A DNA stretch of 64,000 nucleotides from a virus, in the IMG/VR virus record IMGVR_UViG_3300032304_003098, positions 45,578 through 109,577 of that record; one strand, given 5' to 3'. This document shows, piece after piece, positions 37,541 to 48,600 of the stretch. Below the pieces are notes generated by a model that searched no databases, was not told the DNA's origin, and saw only the letters and a program-made list of their open reading frames with translations. The position numbers were made by a program, and so were the translations under genes. Each line of letters begins with the position of its first letter. Position 1 is the stretch's first letter.

Positions 37541-40500
37541 ATGGCTCCTCCGGTTTTGAATGCAGGTGTTTATACACCCAATGAATCTGTGTGGTGTGTA
37601 GGTAGAAATCTAACAGTTTTTAGTGGCGGGGTTTGGTCTGCCTATGATTGGACTAACTCTGCAGTTCCTTCCAATGATCCTTGGTATTTAGACACAAGAT
37701 CTATTTCAATAGATGCTGATGATGTTAAATGGGTAGGATGTGCAGTCTCAGCCCCCACATCTCAGGTTTTGATTTTTTCCGTGAAAGGTCCGGATGCTGC
37801 TACTGGGAATTCTTGGACTTTAAGTGAATTTGGGTTGAATTCACCGGATTGGGAAGTACCCTTAATTTATGCAAGTCCTTACGGTCAAGAAGTTTTGGCT
37901 TTTATTTCTCCTTTAAATGGTGGGGTAGGAACGGGTGCTACGTGTTCTCCTGGTGCAACCGGAGGATTTCTTTGGAATTACAATAAAATAACACAAAGTT
38001 GGCAGGAAGTTTCCCCTGGTTACACTTGGCCAGTTATACACGACATAAAAGCTAAAGGAGAGCAAGGAAAAAAATGGGATTATTATTTAGCAACAGATGA
38101 TGGGTTGCAAATTATAAATTCTGGAATTTTGATTCCTTCTGTATTACAGGACGGAACTGGGTATTTGCCAGAGTTAAGAAAATTAAATAAATTTAACTCC
38201 TCTTTAAATTCTCAAAAGATTTACTCTGTTGATTTTGATGAAAATGGGAATTATTGGTTAGGTACCGAAGACGGTTTAACATATTGGGATGGCCAAAAGT
38301 TTTACAATTGGACAGTGCCTGTTATTTTACCTGTTACTAAAGTTGTAGCTAGACCCAACGGTCATGTTTTTTTTAGATGTGGCAACCCACAATCTAATCC
38401 ACCAACTACGAATGGCTTCTATCATTTTAATGGTGTTACTTTCACCCATTTTAATTCTTCTAATTCAAATTTGCCTTCTGATGTGATCGTGGATTTCGAC
38501 CTTGCTACAACCAAGTCTATTGAGAATGGTTTAACAACTTATTCCAATGATTTTTGGATAATTTCGGGTGATAATATTGTGTTATTTGACTATGTGATTC
38601 CTCATATTTATGCATCCAGTAAACATGAAGGAACTACCGGATGGAATTTTTTGTATTATACCCCTTCAGCAACTGGCCCAACTTCAGATCAAGCCCTTTT
38701 GCCCAAGGTTCAGAAATACAATTGGATCTATCCATCTTGGCAAGGATACGACAATTCAGAATTGGCTGCTGCCCATCCTGGAATGGATCCTAGAAATCTT
38801 TTTCTATCCGCTGACTTTAAAGCCATTGCTAACGGAGCAGTTGAAAATCAAAACTATTGGAATTGGGGACAGATTCCAACTTACGAACAGCAAGTACAAG
38901 CCCAGTTGATTCCAGATCAATCGTGGATGATTGGAGTTACTTCTTCTTCCTCTCTGTTTGCAAATCCATATGTGGTTGTAACTTCTACTACACAATTTTC
39001 TGGATTTAATGTTGTTGGTGGTTATCTCAACGGTGAGTTTGTAGATTTTGGACCATCAAGTAATACAGAGGAAAATTTCATTTTTCAAAATCCGAATCCA
39101 TCAGGAGGCACTGCTGGTCAATCAGAAGTTGGATTTGTTGCATTTTACACTGATAAGGGTCAAGTTCAGGGAGTGATTCCTTTCAGAGGCGAAGCAAGCA
39201 GAGTTCTAGATATTAAACCGTCACATAATGGAAAAAGTTTAATTGTAGCGGGGAATTTCACTTCTTATCTTGAAGCTGGAAAATTTGTTTGGAATACCAG
39301 GTTTCCGAATGCAGGATCACAAACAGTCACCGGAATTACTGGACCTACTGGTGGTCCTATAGGATTTTCTAATTTGTCGACTCCAGGCATAACCGGAAGT
39401 TTTTCTTATCCTTGGATTTTGAATTCCCCTATTTCCGGAACTGGTGTTTATATTCCAGACTCTTCACTTCTATACAGCACCACCCCAGCCTATTTTGTCG
39501 CAGAGGTTGATTTTGAACTCGGGGATCAAACAAGCTATGGTGGAATAAATTTTTCTATTCAAAGCTTGGAATCGAGATTCAATTTAAAGAATTTCAGGTA
39601 CTTCCCAGCGATTAGTTCTGATTTAAACCCCAATCCTGGACCTACTGGTTTCTACCCTTCTGGAATTGGGGTAAGTGGAGGAACTCAGCTTGCTATTTCC
39701 GAAAGTTCTATTAGGTTGATGAGCAACTTTGTTGGCGGGTATTCTACTTTGAAAAACCAATACTCTTTTTCTGATGATTTACCCTCCGCACCTGAAATTT
39801 TATTTAGCCCGGTTGTTGATAATAATTATGTTTTAAGTTCTTTCATATTAGAATTGAACCCCAATTTTTCTTTGATTAATGCACAAGTAATTATAACAAC
39901 AGGAATTAATTCTTACACAAATTCTTTGGTTTCTGTACCAAATGGTCAGACCTTTCTCAGCTGTGGTACTTCTACCCAAAATTTAAATTTTGGTACTTTA
40001 GAAATTTCACACCCTATCCCCGGATTTTCTTTTCCGTGGTTCATAATTTCAGATTCTAATTTTAAGGGTATTACCGGATCCTTTATCCTAAATTATGAAC
40101 TAGATGATTATTTCATACATTCTAAATGGAATAAAACTGTCTTGGCATTCAATTCTTCAAATTCTTATTTTTTAAGTTACCTTTACCAAGGAAATTCTTC
40201 TATTCAAAATTTTAATGGTAGTTCTTATTTCGTGGAAGGAATTCCTGGAGCCTTACAACAAGGTTTAATTTCTCTTTCTCCTGGGGGAGTAGCAAATTTT
40301 GAATCATCTTTCGAAATTTTACCTGCTACTTCAACGGGTAAATACGTGACTTTTATTTCTGGTGTACAGGGTATAAGACCGGAAGGTTCTTATTATGTGT
40401 CTATCAATCGTCCATCCTATGACACAGACCCAATTGCAAACATACCTTCAATAGGAGATTTTTGGGGAGGAGGTAGAGTTTATAAGGTTGACACGGAAAC

Positions 40501-41728
40501 AAAATTGATTTATATAGCAGGTGAAATTTCAGGCGGTTTATTACAATTTAGTTCCACCAACATGCTCGTTCCTTCTACTAATTTAAGATTTAATCCAAGT
40601 TATAGCGAGGTAAATACAATAGATATTATTCAAATGGCAAATTCTTTGTCATTAACTTCCCCAGCGGCTTCGTGGTGCCAAAACTTAATTCATAATGGAT
40701 TCGATGATTGGAGTTTACCTACCAGAGATGGTTTAGAATTAATTGTTGATAATTTATATGTACCCCAAACTGGATGGTTCAATACCACCAATATTCCAAC
40801 TACAACAAGAGTTTGGAGTAGTAATTCTTCATCTAATGCTGGCGCTATAGTCGTTAGATTCAATTTAGATGGCTCTTCTGTTTTAAATGCTTTAAAAGGA
40901 TCTACCCAGTTTGTAATTCCAGTCAGAACACAGTCTTATGAATTTTCTTCAGCTAATACTATCTTCAAAAGAAAAATTAGTGGAACTCCAATTCAACAAT
41001 TAGACACATTTGTCCCTGGTACTACATCACACCAGAACTACTTCTCATTTTCCGTTGGTGAAAATTTTAATTTACTTATTTCTGCAGGGGCAAGTGGAGC
41101 AACCGGTCCTAACGTTATACCATATCCATTTTCTTCAAACCCATACAATTTTATTTGGTATGGTCAAAATTTTAATTCTCCCGTGGGAGTAGATGCGGGA
41201 AACATAGTTTCCCGGGCTGGGTCCGGAGCTTGGACTTGGGTTGATGTTCACAATTCCAATAACCAATTGTATGTTCCCATGCTTTCCACCGTGTTTTTTT
41301 CTAATTATGATTCAGAGATTTTTGGTAAAAATAACAATAGATGGGTTCTCAGTGATGCTAGAACTGGACAGGTAATTTTAGATGTTAAATTTACCCCTTA
41401 TTTCATTTACACTTTCACTGAGTCTGGCTACTACTCAATTCAAAATTCGGTGGAAGATTCAGCCGGAAATGTTTACGAAATTTCAAAACCCGCATTCATC
41501 GCAGTGGTCAATCAATCTATCCCGCAGGCAAATGATCCAAATCCTTTGTTTGTAAACTCTGCTGATTATGGTTTTATTGCACCAAATAGAGATTTTCAAT
41601 CTCAAGCCGCAGATTTAGATAGGTCTATTTTCCAGGAACAACTGGCAATCAGATCTCAAAACATGACTGATTTTGGGTCTGGTCTCAATATTAAAGATGA
41701 TGAAAATTCAACTTTTAGAGAGAGATAA
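37541..41728 (+). CDS. large virion protein: beta-propeller repeats, inserted DUF1566/Lcl-like domain, C-terminal PKD-like domain
   Basis: NSQKIYSVDFDENGNYWLGTEDGL and NSNLPSDVI propeller blades; IGDFWGGG...AASWC...GFDDWSLPTRDGL...VWSS...VIPVR; YTFTESGYYSIQNSVEDSAGN. Confidence 0.7.
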   Translation: MAPPVLNAGVYTPNESVWCVGRNLTVFSGGVWSAYDWTNSAVPSNDPWYLDTRSISIDADDVKWVGCAVSAPTSQVLIFSVKGPDAATGNSWTLSEFGLNSPDWEVPLIYASPYGQEVLAFISPLNGGVGTGATCSPGATGGFLWNYNKITQSWQEVSPGYTWPVIHDIKAKGEQGKKWDYYLATDDGLQIINSGILIPSVLQDGTGYLPELRKLNKFNSSLNSQKIYSVDFDENGNYWLGTEDGLTYWDGQKFYNWTVPVILPVTKVVARPNGHVFFRCGNPQSNPPTTNGFYHFNGVTFTHFNSSNSNLPSDVIVDFDLATTKSIENGLTTYSNDFWIISGDNIVLFDYVIPHIYASSKHEGTTGWNFLYYTPSATGPTSDQALLPKVQKYNWIYPSWQGYDNSELAAAHPGMDPRNLFLSADFKAIANGAVENQNYWNWGQIPTYEQQVQAQLIPDQSWMIGVTSSSSLFANPYVVVTSTTQFSGFNVVGGYLNGEFVDFGPSSNTEENFIFQNPNPSGGTAGQSEVGFVAFYTDKGQVQGVIPFRGEASRVLDIKPSHNGKSLIVAGNFTSYLEAGKFVWNTRFPNAGSQTVTGITGPTGGPIGFSNLSTPGITGSFSYPWILNSPISGTGVYIPDSSLLYSTTPAYFVAEVDFELGDQTSYGGINFSIQSLESRFNLKNFRYFPAISSDLNPNPGPTGFYPSGIGVSGGTQLAISESSIRLMSNFVGGYSTLKNQYSFSDDLPSAPEILFSPVVDNNYVLSSFILELNPNFSLINAQVIITTGINSYTNSLVSVPNGQTFLSCGTSTQNLNFGTLEISHPIPGFSFPWFIISDSNFKGITGSFILNYELDDYFIHSKWNKTVLAFNSSNSYFLSYLYQGNSSIQNFNGSSYFVEGIPGALQQGLISLSPGGVANFESSFEILPATSTGKYVTFISGVQGIRPEGSYYVSINRPSYDTDPIANIPSIGDFWGGGRVYKVDTETKLIYIAGEISGGLLQFSSTNMLVPSTNLRFNPSYSEVNTIDIIQMANSLSLTSPAASWCQNLIHNGFDDWSLPTRDGLELIVDNLYVPQTGWFNTTNIPTTTRVWSSNSSSNAGAIVVRFNLDGSSVLNALKGSTQFVIPVRTQSYEFSSANTIFKRKISGTPIQQLDTFVPGTTSHQNYFSFSVGENFNLLISAGASGATGPNVIPYPFSSNPYNFIWYGQNFNSPVGVDAGNIVSRAGSGAWTWVDVHNSNNQLYVPMLSTVFFSNYDSEIFGKNNNRWVLSDARTGQVILDVKFTPYFIYTFTESGYYSIQNSVEDSAGNVYEISKPAFIAVVNQSIPQANDPNPLFVNSADYGFIAPNRDFQSQAADLDRSIFQEQLAIRSQNMTDFGSGLNIKDDENSTFRER

Positions 41729-42430
41729 TTATTTAGGTCGTTGATTTCCAGTTCCTCCGACTAATTTATATTTCCATTGTTCGTATCTTCTCACGATTTC
41801 TTTGAGGATCTTGCTTCTCACAATATCTTCTTCTCCAAATCTAAATTCACCCACTCCCTCTATTCCTTGAACTAAATCTACAAAGATAGGCAAGGCTACT
41901 TTTTCGTATGAAATATCGTGTTGAGTGATGTCACCTGCCACCAATACTTTAGATCCGTCGCCAACTCTGGAAATATACAACATCAGTTGTTTCATGTCGC
42001 AATTTTGTGCCTCATCCAAGATCATCATAGCTCGATCAAAAGTTGCTCCTCTCATGTATGCCAAAGGTCTGAATTCTATAATTTTTTCGGAAATCAGCTG
42101 ACCTAATTTTTCTTTGGTGATAATCTTCTCCATGGTAATTAAAAAACTTTCCATGAAAGGAGAAATTTTTTCACTGACGTCTCCTGGTAAGCTACCTAAT
42201 TTTTCTCCGGATTCTTGAATGGGTTTAGTGAAGATTATCTTCTCGATTTCTCCTTTTTGTACCATCTTTAAAGCTGCATAGCATGCTGAAAAAGTTTTGG
42301 AGGATCCTGCTGGTCCCCAACAAAAAGTTATGGTATTTTCAGTAATACAGTCGCAATATTTTTTTTGTTTTGGGGTAAAATTGATTTGATGAAAATCTTT
42401 GGGCGTTAATCTACTTTTCGTTGGAGGCAT
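41729..42430 (-). CDS. phoH: PhoH-like ATPase
   Basis: GPAGSSKT, EKLGSLPGD, PLAYMRGATF, ILDEAQN, GDITQHD, EDIVRS. Confidence 0.96.
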   Translation of the reverse strand: MPPTKSRLTPKDFHQINFTPKQKKYCDCITENTITFCWGPAGSSKTFSACYAALKMVQKGEIEKIIFTKPIQESGEKLGSLPGDVSEKISPFMESFLITMEKIITKEKLGQLISEKIIEFRPLAYMRGATFDRAMMILDEAQNCDMKQLMLYISRVGDGSKVLVAGDITQHDISYEKVALPIFVDLVQGIEGVGEFRFGEEDIVRSKILKEIVRRYEQWKYKLVGGTGNQRPK

Positions 42431-42453
42431 ATTTTAGTGTTGTTAATTGTTTT

Positions 42454-42464
42454 GATATATATTC
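42454..42464. promoter_or_regulatory. overlapping divergent late promoters (GATATATA on +, GAATATATA on -)
   Basis: GATATATATTC lies 22 nt before ATG 42484 (+) and 25 nt before the phoH ATG (-). Confidence 0.6.
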
Positions 42465-42483
42465 CAAATTAAAATTAGAAACA

Positions 42484-43374
42484 ATGTCAACCGTAAGTAC
42501 AACATCAATTTTAGGTTCAGATTCCATTTCGGCTTCTAGAATTACAATCAACTCAAACTTTTTACTTCTTGAAAATTGGATCAATCAATACGTGAATGTA
42601 TTTGGAATTGATTCTGTCAATGGAATTTTAGACCTTTCTAATTCCTCTACTGGTAGGATTTCTGCTAAGACAGGAAAATTTGATCAAATTATTGTTCCAG
42701 TAGGGGGCACAGCTTTAGCCCAAATTAATTCAAGTGGTTCTGGGCAATTTGTAAATATTTCTACCACGACTCTAACTGCAAGTGGAGCCAGTCTTTTTTC
42801 CGGAACCCTAACTTCTAATAATGTTGTTACTTTGAATTCGACAACTAATTTATTTGCCACTAATAACAATCTTAATGGAGCGTTTACTTTGTTACTTTCT
42901 GGTCATTTCGTCAGTCAAAATTCTATTGGTGCTTCGGGAGCGACCGCTGGTCAAGCTTTTTCGGATTGTACATCTGGAGGGGGCGGAAGAGTAACTTCTG
43001 TATCTGTCCCTTATGTTTTAACTGGTCTGGAAGATGTTATTTATGCTAACTGCGCGGGTGGATGGTTTATGTCTGTTGGAACAACAGGAGCACCTGCTTC
43101 CCCGTTGGTGCAAGGTAGCCGAATCACAATTGTAAACACCGCTTGTACCGGGGGTTACATAGCTACCGGCTTACAAAACTCTAATGCTTACTATACTGGA
43201 TTTAACACGAATGCTTCTTATGGAAATTTCCCCTCTTTGGGAATTACCTGTAATCCTGGAAGACCTTATCAGTCTGCTATTACATTACAATGGGAACCTA
43301 GAATATCGCAGGGTACAGGAACTCAACAAGGATCTTGGGTGGTTCTTTCTGCCTCAAATATGTCTTGGTCTTAA
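42484..43374 (+). CDS. short fibre / baseplate accessory protein
   Basis: Start moved to ATG 42484; ILGSDSISASRITINSNF anchor motif; G/S/T-rich beta structure. Confidence 0.6.
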   Translation: MSTVSTTSILGSDSISASRITINSNFLLLENWINQYVNVFGIDSVNGILDLSNSSTGRISAKTGKFDQIIVPVGGTALAQINSSGSGQFVNISTTTLTASGASLFSGTLTSNNVVTLNSTTNLFATNNNLNGAFTLLLSGHFVSQNSIGASGATAGQAFSDCTSGGGGRVTSVSVPYVLTGLEDVIYANCAGGWFMSVGTTGAPASPLVQGSRITIVNTACTGGYIATGLQNSNAYYTGFNTNASYGNFPSLGITCNPGRPYQSAITLQWEPRISQGTGTQQGSWVVLSASNMSWS

Positions 43375-43388
43375 TAAAAATATCATCG

Positions 43389-45599
43389 ATGGCTAAAACC
43401 CCTTTTATACGTCCATTGCAGGTGCAAGGCGGTACCTTTTACGCTTTTTCTTCAGCGGCAGAAGATCTATCTTTCACTTTCAATAATTCCATCAATCGTT
43501 TTAAGTTTTCCAAGTTCGCATTATTGAATATCCCGGATATTGATTCCACGAATCCCCTGGGTAACACGCTTAAACTTAATGCTCCAGATAGTGCATTCCT
43601 AGATAAAGCAACAGGTGCGGACCAGATAATCACTTCGAATCAGAATGTAAATTTTTCTCAAAGTTTTCAAAGTTATTGCTTGAACTTAGAAACCACCATT
43701 TTGAGTGGTAACAACTACGACCAATCTTCGAAGCAAAATATTTCAGAAAGAGTTTTTTGGAAATGGTTGAAAGAATTAGGTGGGATTAGATTCCAGTCAG
43801 CTTCGTCTGCTCAAGTTGTTTCTACTTTGGACCAAAACACAGTTTTGACTATCAATGGTCTGCCAGTAACACAAAAAAGATATGTGGAGGGAGATCCTAG
43901 TGGTGCAACGGGTTCTTTTGGATTAACCGGTGCGACCTACAACAGGGTAGTTCAGTACATAGGCAATCTGGACATTGTTAATTCAGTCAAAAACAACAAC
44001 AACACATATTCCGAAGTGTATGTCTTGGTTCCTACTAAAGACGGAAATACCCCCACTGTCTTATTTAAAAACGTCGTAGACCCTAATTATCCCATGGATT
44101 TTGGTTGGACCAACAATCCCACCGATCCGTTGAATGATGAGTATTTGACGGGAAGATCTTATAATGAATTTAATCCCAGCGGTTTAACCAATTTAGCAAT
44201 TTTTGATTGCGATGTTCTAGGTTCACCTGCAGTGACTTTTGAAAATACTTCTAATGGTTTAACTGGATCTGGTAACTGGTACTCCCCACGGGCTATTGCA
44301 GACTCATATTTCACAGATGCAACTTTTACGGATCCAACTGCACAGATCTTGGAAAAATCCTACAGTGGAGCCACTGGTGGAAATGGCTACCAAAAATACG
44401 TTAGAACAAAATTGGATTCGATCGGTATTGACTTCGATCCTAGTTCTTACAAACAAATTGTGGACGACCCAGCAATTTCAACCTTAGAAGAATTCAATTC
44501 TACCTCTTTGTCTAGCGATTTTTCTTTCAATGCGGTTCTGATTTATTATGATGTGTATGATCCGGCTATTCCTGCCGATTCTGCCACCAATTTATATGGT
44601 GTTCTTTTTCTGGATGATGTTCAATCTACGGGAATAGGCACCTCCGAAATTCCCGGCTTTAAAAAGTACAAACCAAACCCAGTAACCAAGTTAAATGGCA
44701 ATTCATATGGCTTCAAATTGAATCTTAAATTTGATGTTGATATAGACCAGACTGGAGTAGAGCAGGCTATCAATGATTATTCGCCTTTTTCTCTGTCTAT
44801 GTTCATGGACGCTATGAATGTTTTACAGGATGCTTCCGGAACTTTAAATAACACGGCGGGAATTTATTCTTCTTTGGAAGATAGAGTTAATGCTTTAGAA
44901 AATTTGGTCCTATCCTCTGAAACAACTTTTACTTTCGACAGGAGGATAACTGAAATTGAAAATTCTTTGGCGGCAAATCAGGCTTTGTTTAACAACACTC
45001 AGGCCGTAATGGGATTAATTAATCAAAATTATGAATTAATTAGAGCTATTATCAATAATGAAACTTCGGTAGAGATTTCGTACAACTTGAATCTGATTAA
45101 ACAAGGTCAGGGTATAATTGTGGACAGATCAATTCCTAATGAACTCACGATTTCTAACAACAACCAAGACTATCATGTCGGTGCTAGGAAGGGAACTGTT
45201 ACTTTACAAAACTCCTCCCCCAACACAATCCCCCTTTTGACCTTTGGTAATTATTATAAGCACGTCAATAACGGCGTGCCCATCACTCTGACTTCCGATT
45301 TAGTTATACGGTTGGATGATTCCGTGGTCAACTGGAAATTGGGACAAGTCATGAGATTCTCTTTTGGGGACCAAATTATTCCCGGTAATTTCAATGTTAA
45401 CTTCCTGACTAATGCCCAAGGAAGGTATCCTCTTGCAAATCCAACTCAAGTACCATATTCCACTTTAATTCTTTCTTTGACCAACAACGAATTTGTTTCC
45501 TATGATTACAAACCGGTGATAGATATCGTTTGCGTAGATCCTGAAAATTTGATATTTCAGGTGGACCAAATTGGAAAAAGTCTTACTAACAACACGTAA
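43389..45599 (+). CDS. structural (baseplate/tail) protein
   Basis: Start moved to ATG 43389 (MAKTPFIRPL); beta-rich with a coiled-coil segment; structural-module context. Confidence 0.65.
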   Translation: MAKTPFIRPLQVQGGTFYAFSSAAEDLSFTFNNSINRFKFSKFALLNIPDIDSTNPLGNTLKLNAPDSAFLDKATGADQIITSNQNVNFSQSFQSYCLNLETTILSGNNYDQSSKQNISERVFWKWLKELGGIRFQSASSAQVVSTLDQNTVLTINGLPVTQKRYVEGDPSGATGSFGLTGATYNRVVQYIGNLDIVNSVKNNNNTYSEVYVLVPTKDGNTPTVLFKNVVDPNYPMDFGWTNNPTDPLNDEYLTGRSYNEFNPSGLTNLAIFDCDVLGSPAVTFENTSNGLTGSGNWYSPRAIADSYFTDATFTDPTAQILEKSYSGATGGNGYQKYVRTKLDSIGIDFDPSSYKQIVDDPAISTLEEFNSTSLSSDFSFNAVLIYYDVYDPAIPADSATNLYGVLFLDDVQSTGIGTSEIPGFKKYKPNPVTKLNGNSYGFKLNLKFDVDIDQTGVEQAINDYSPFSLSMFMDAMNVLQDASGTLNNTAGIYSSLEDRVNALENLVLSSETTFTFDRRITEIENSLAANQALFNNTQAVMGLINQNYELIRAIINNETSVEISYNLNLIKQGQGIIVDRSIPNELTISNNNQDYHVGARKGTVTLQNSSPNTIPLLTFGNYYKHVNNGVPITLTSDLVIRLDDSVVNWKLGQVMRFSFGDQIIPGNFNVNFLTNAQGRYPLANPTQVPYSTLILSLTNNEFVSYDYKPVIDIVCVDPENLIFQVDQIGKSLTNNT

Positions 45600-45617
45600 A
45601 ATCTGAAATTTAAAATT

Positions 45618-48600
45618 ATGTCAGGCACACAAAACAGTATTAGTTCTTTAGTAGCTCAATTTCTGAGATTACAGAAAAACGCATTGGAAATTATTAATGG
45701 TCTGAATGAGGTAGCAACCTCAACTAACCAAAACGTACAAATTGAAATGTTGGATGAAGCTGGTATGCCCACAAACGTGAGTATTCCAGCATATGGTTAC
45801 CTAAGTTCACAAATTCAAAGACTAGATTCAAACATTCAGGCTTTAGCTGGCTTGGGAGATAATTTTTCCACTGTTAGAAATCCAGATGGAACTTATTCCC
45901 AAATTTACAAGTCTGAGCCTCTGAGAGATCCTCAACCTTTTATTAATCTGCAGGTCCCCAGTACATTTTCAGCTCGTGACAATTGGTTTTTTGAAAGTTT
46001 TTTGTCTCCTCTTCTATACATCAGCATTGATGTAACCGGTCAGCTTCCAGACGACGCAGACAGAATTTTGGTGAAGAGAATTATTGCCAACACAGAAACT
46101 GACGAACAAAAAGCTTATTTTGACTCAAATTTAAGCGGAAGAAATAACATCGGAGAACAAGAATTCATAAATGCTTTGACTGACAATGGAATTTTTTATT
46201 TTGTAGACGAAGAGATTATTCCTTTACCTCTAAGAACGATCAGAAATAAAGGAAATTTTAGTGTTCTCTCTTTTTACGATGACACTGTAAGCACGACAGA
46301 TGCAAATGGGCAAACTGTCCAAGAAACTCGTAGAAATTACAAATTAAATTCTGTTCAATATACAGACACAAGCACAGGAGTAACAAACGGCAGAACCTTG
46401 GATGTGGGGAACGTTCTATTAACTGCCGATGGCAGCAGATACGAAATTATATCCATCAACATCAATGAAACATCCGTCCAATTAAAAAGAACTTCTGGAT
46501 ATCAACCTGTTATGATAGGTACCAACAGTTTGACCCTTTTATCTACTCAATTTAATCCCAGATTTGTAGACGTCAATGTTGGTTATAACGAAAGACAAGG
46601 AGTTTTTTTTAAAAAAATAGATGATAATTACAACATCGTGGCCTCTTCCTGGTCTCCTGGTGTTGTTTTTTGGAGTAATCAACTGAGAATAAATACGACT
46701 TCGGGAGTTCAAACACTTGAACAATTTTACCTTAATTCTGTTGCAGATTTGGGCCAGCAACTTTTGGCGATGGCCAAGGAGAAAAAAATAGCAGCTATCT
46801 CGGGATTAACCCCGGAAGCTCCTTCTATCGTTCCCACTAATTTCAGAGTTGTTCAGATTAACACCCAGTTAACACAATCCACTGACGTGCAAACCTTGAA
46901 CGAAAAAGTGGCTTTGAAGGCAACTCTGCAAAGTGAGATTTCTCAATTAGATACGTCAATCAACACTAGCCGGGCTCAAATCAATTCTGTCAGTAACACA
47001 TCAGTCCTTCCTCAGTCTAGAGTTGGTTTAGATAATGCTTTGTCTTCAATATCGACAAGTCTCTCAAGTTCAACTCAAAACACTCAGGCGCTTCAGGCAA
47101 ATTTGAATTCTTTAACGCAGCAAAGAGTTCAAAAACAACAATTGCTGGCCTCTGTGGTAAGCGATGTTTCTACAATTTCTGCTTCTACACCTCAGCTCTT
47201 AGCGGAACCAAAATATAGAGTTAGAGGATTTTGGCCTATTCCTCCTCCCAAAATAAATCCAACTACGGGCAAACAGGAAGTAATCCAATTTATCATAGAA
47301 TATAGATATTTGAGCGATTCTGGAGTTGCACCTCCGGTCCAACAAATTAATTTCCGGGACAACAACGGACAGGAAAAAACCGGTGCTTTTAGCAACTGGA
47401 CACGTGAAATAACGAATATCAGATCCAAAATTTATGATGTTAATACTGGAACTTACGTCTGGACGCCAGAAATAACAGACGATGCTGATGCCAACAACAT
47501 TAATCAATTAGATATTCCAATTACAAGCGGGGAGCAAGTAGAAATTAGAGTTAAATCTGTTTCTGAAGCAGGCTGGCCGGATAATCCTGTAACCTCAGAT
47601 TGGTCTGAATCTGTGACTATTTCTTTCCCCCCTGATGCAACAACCGAAAGTGCTGTTGTTTCTTTGACTAGCAATTTAAAAGATGAAGCTTTGCTTGCTA
47701 TTCAACAAGACTTATCTTCCCGCGGGGTAGATGCTTTGTTGAATAGACAATTTACTGCGGGAAATAAAACTTTTTTGGTTGATGCTCCTGTTATTTCCAG
47801 CGGATTTACAGATGCAAGTGGAAATCCAATGGATCTTTTTCAGAAGCTAACAGATATGCAAAATGAAATTGCTTCTTTAAGATCAATCATAGAAAAATCT
47901 GTAGGTGTGTTGGAAGTACAACTTGTGGACGAAGCAGGCAACACTCAAATTATTTCTAACGGACAGACGATAAAAGTTAACGCTGGTTATTACAATCAAA
48001 TTTTCTCCAATCCCACCACCAGCGATGCGGGTAAAATTGCCTCTAGAATTTACCAACTAAAGTTAGTTAATACTGCTGCTGGTTTATTGGAACTTGCTTC
48101 TTCTTTACCTGGTGGATTGGATACTTTGGCGGGAACATCTTCTACATATTCTTTGCCGACTGGATATGCCCAAAATTTGAGATATGGGGAAATTGGTATT
48201 TCTATAACCTCTCTGACAGCTGCAGATATCATTCCTCCCGGTTCCACTGGGGCAGCAAACAATGAATCTTTTCAACAGCTGAGACAAGCTTCTCCTTATT
48301 CTTCTGGTAATGCTAATAGTCAGTTCATTTATCCTAGATGGAAAAGTGTAGGGTTGGATCAAGATTTATATTTTATCTCCCAACCCTATGCTTCTGGTTA
48401 TGATTATGAAGGTAATTCTAACGGTCAACCTCAAAATGGTTCTTCTTTGATTCCTTTTAACCCCACAATTTCTACCGTGCCCACTGCATCGGGACAAAAT
48501 GGATCCGTGTGGAATGGGGGATACACTGGTTCTGCCGTACCCTATACTGGTTTGGGAAATGGTTATCTAAGTGAATTCTGTGTACATAAAAACCACCCCG

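Noticed and set aside
40441-40940. Active diversity-generating retroelement
   Set aside because: Only a potential target-type domain is visible; no reverse transcriptase or template repeat was found in the window
10088-42430. Bacterial chromosome origin suggested by asnB, rpsA and phoH
   Set aside because: These genes are divergent, lack their bacterial neighbours, and are interleaved with phage head and baseplate genes; rpsA and phoH carry the phage promoter motif
4609-43388. ORF-track starts at 4609, 8308, 14555, 16209, 27354, 42421 and 43335
   Set aside because: They overlap upstream genes or the promoter motif, or use rare start codons; downstream ATGs at 4639, 8329, 14591, 16215, 27393, 42484 and 43389 fit leaders and N-terminal motifs better
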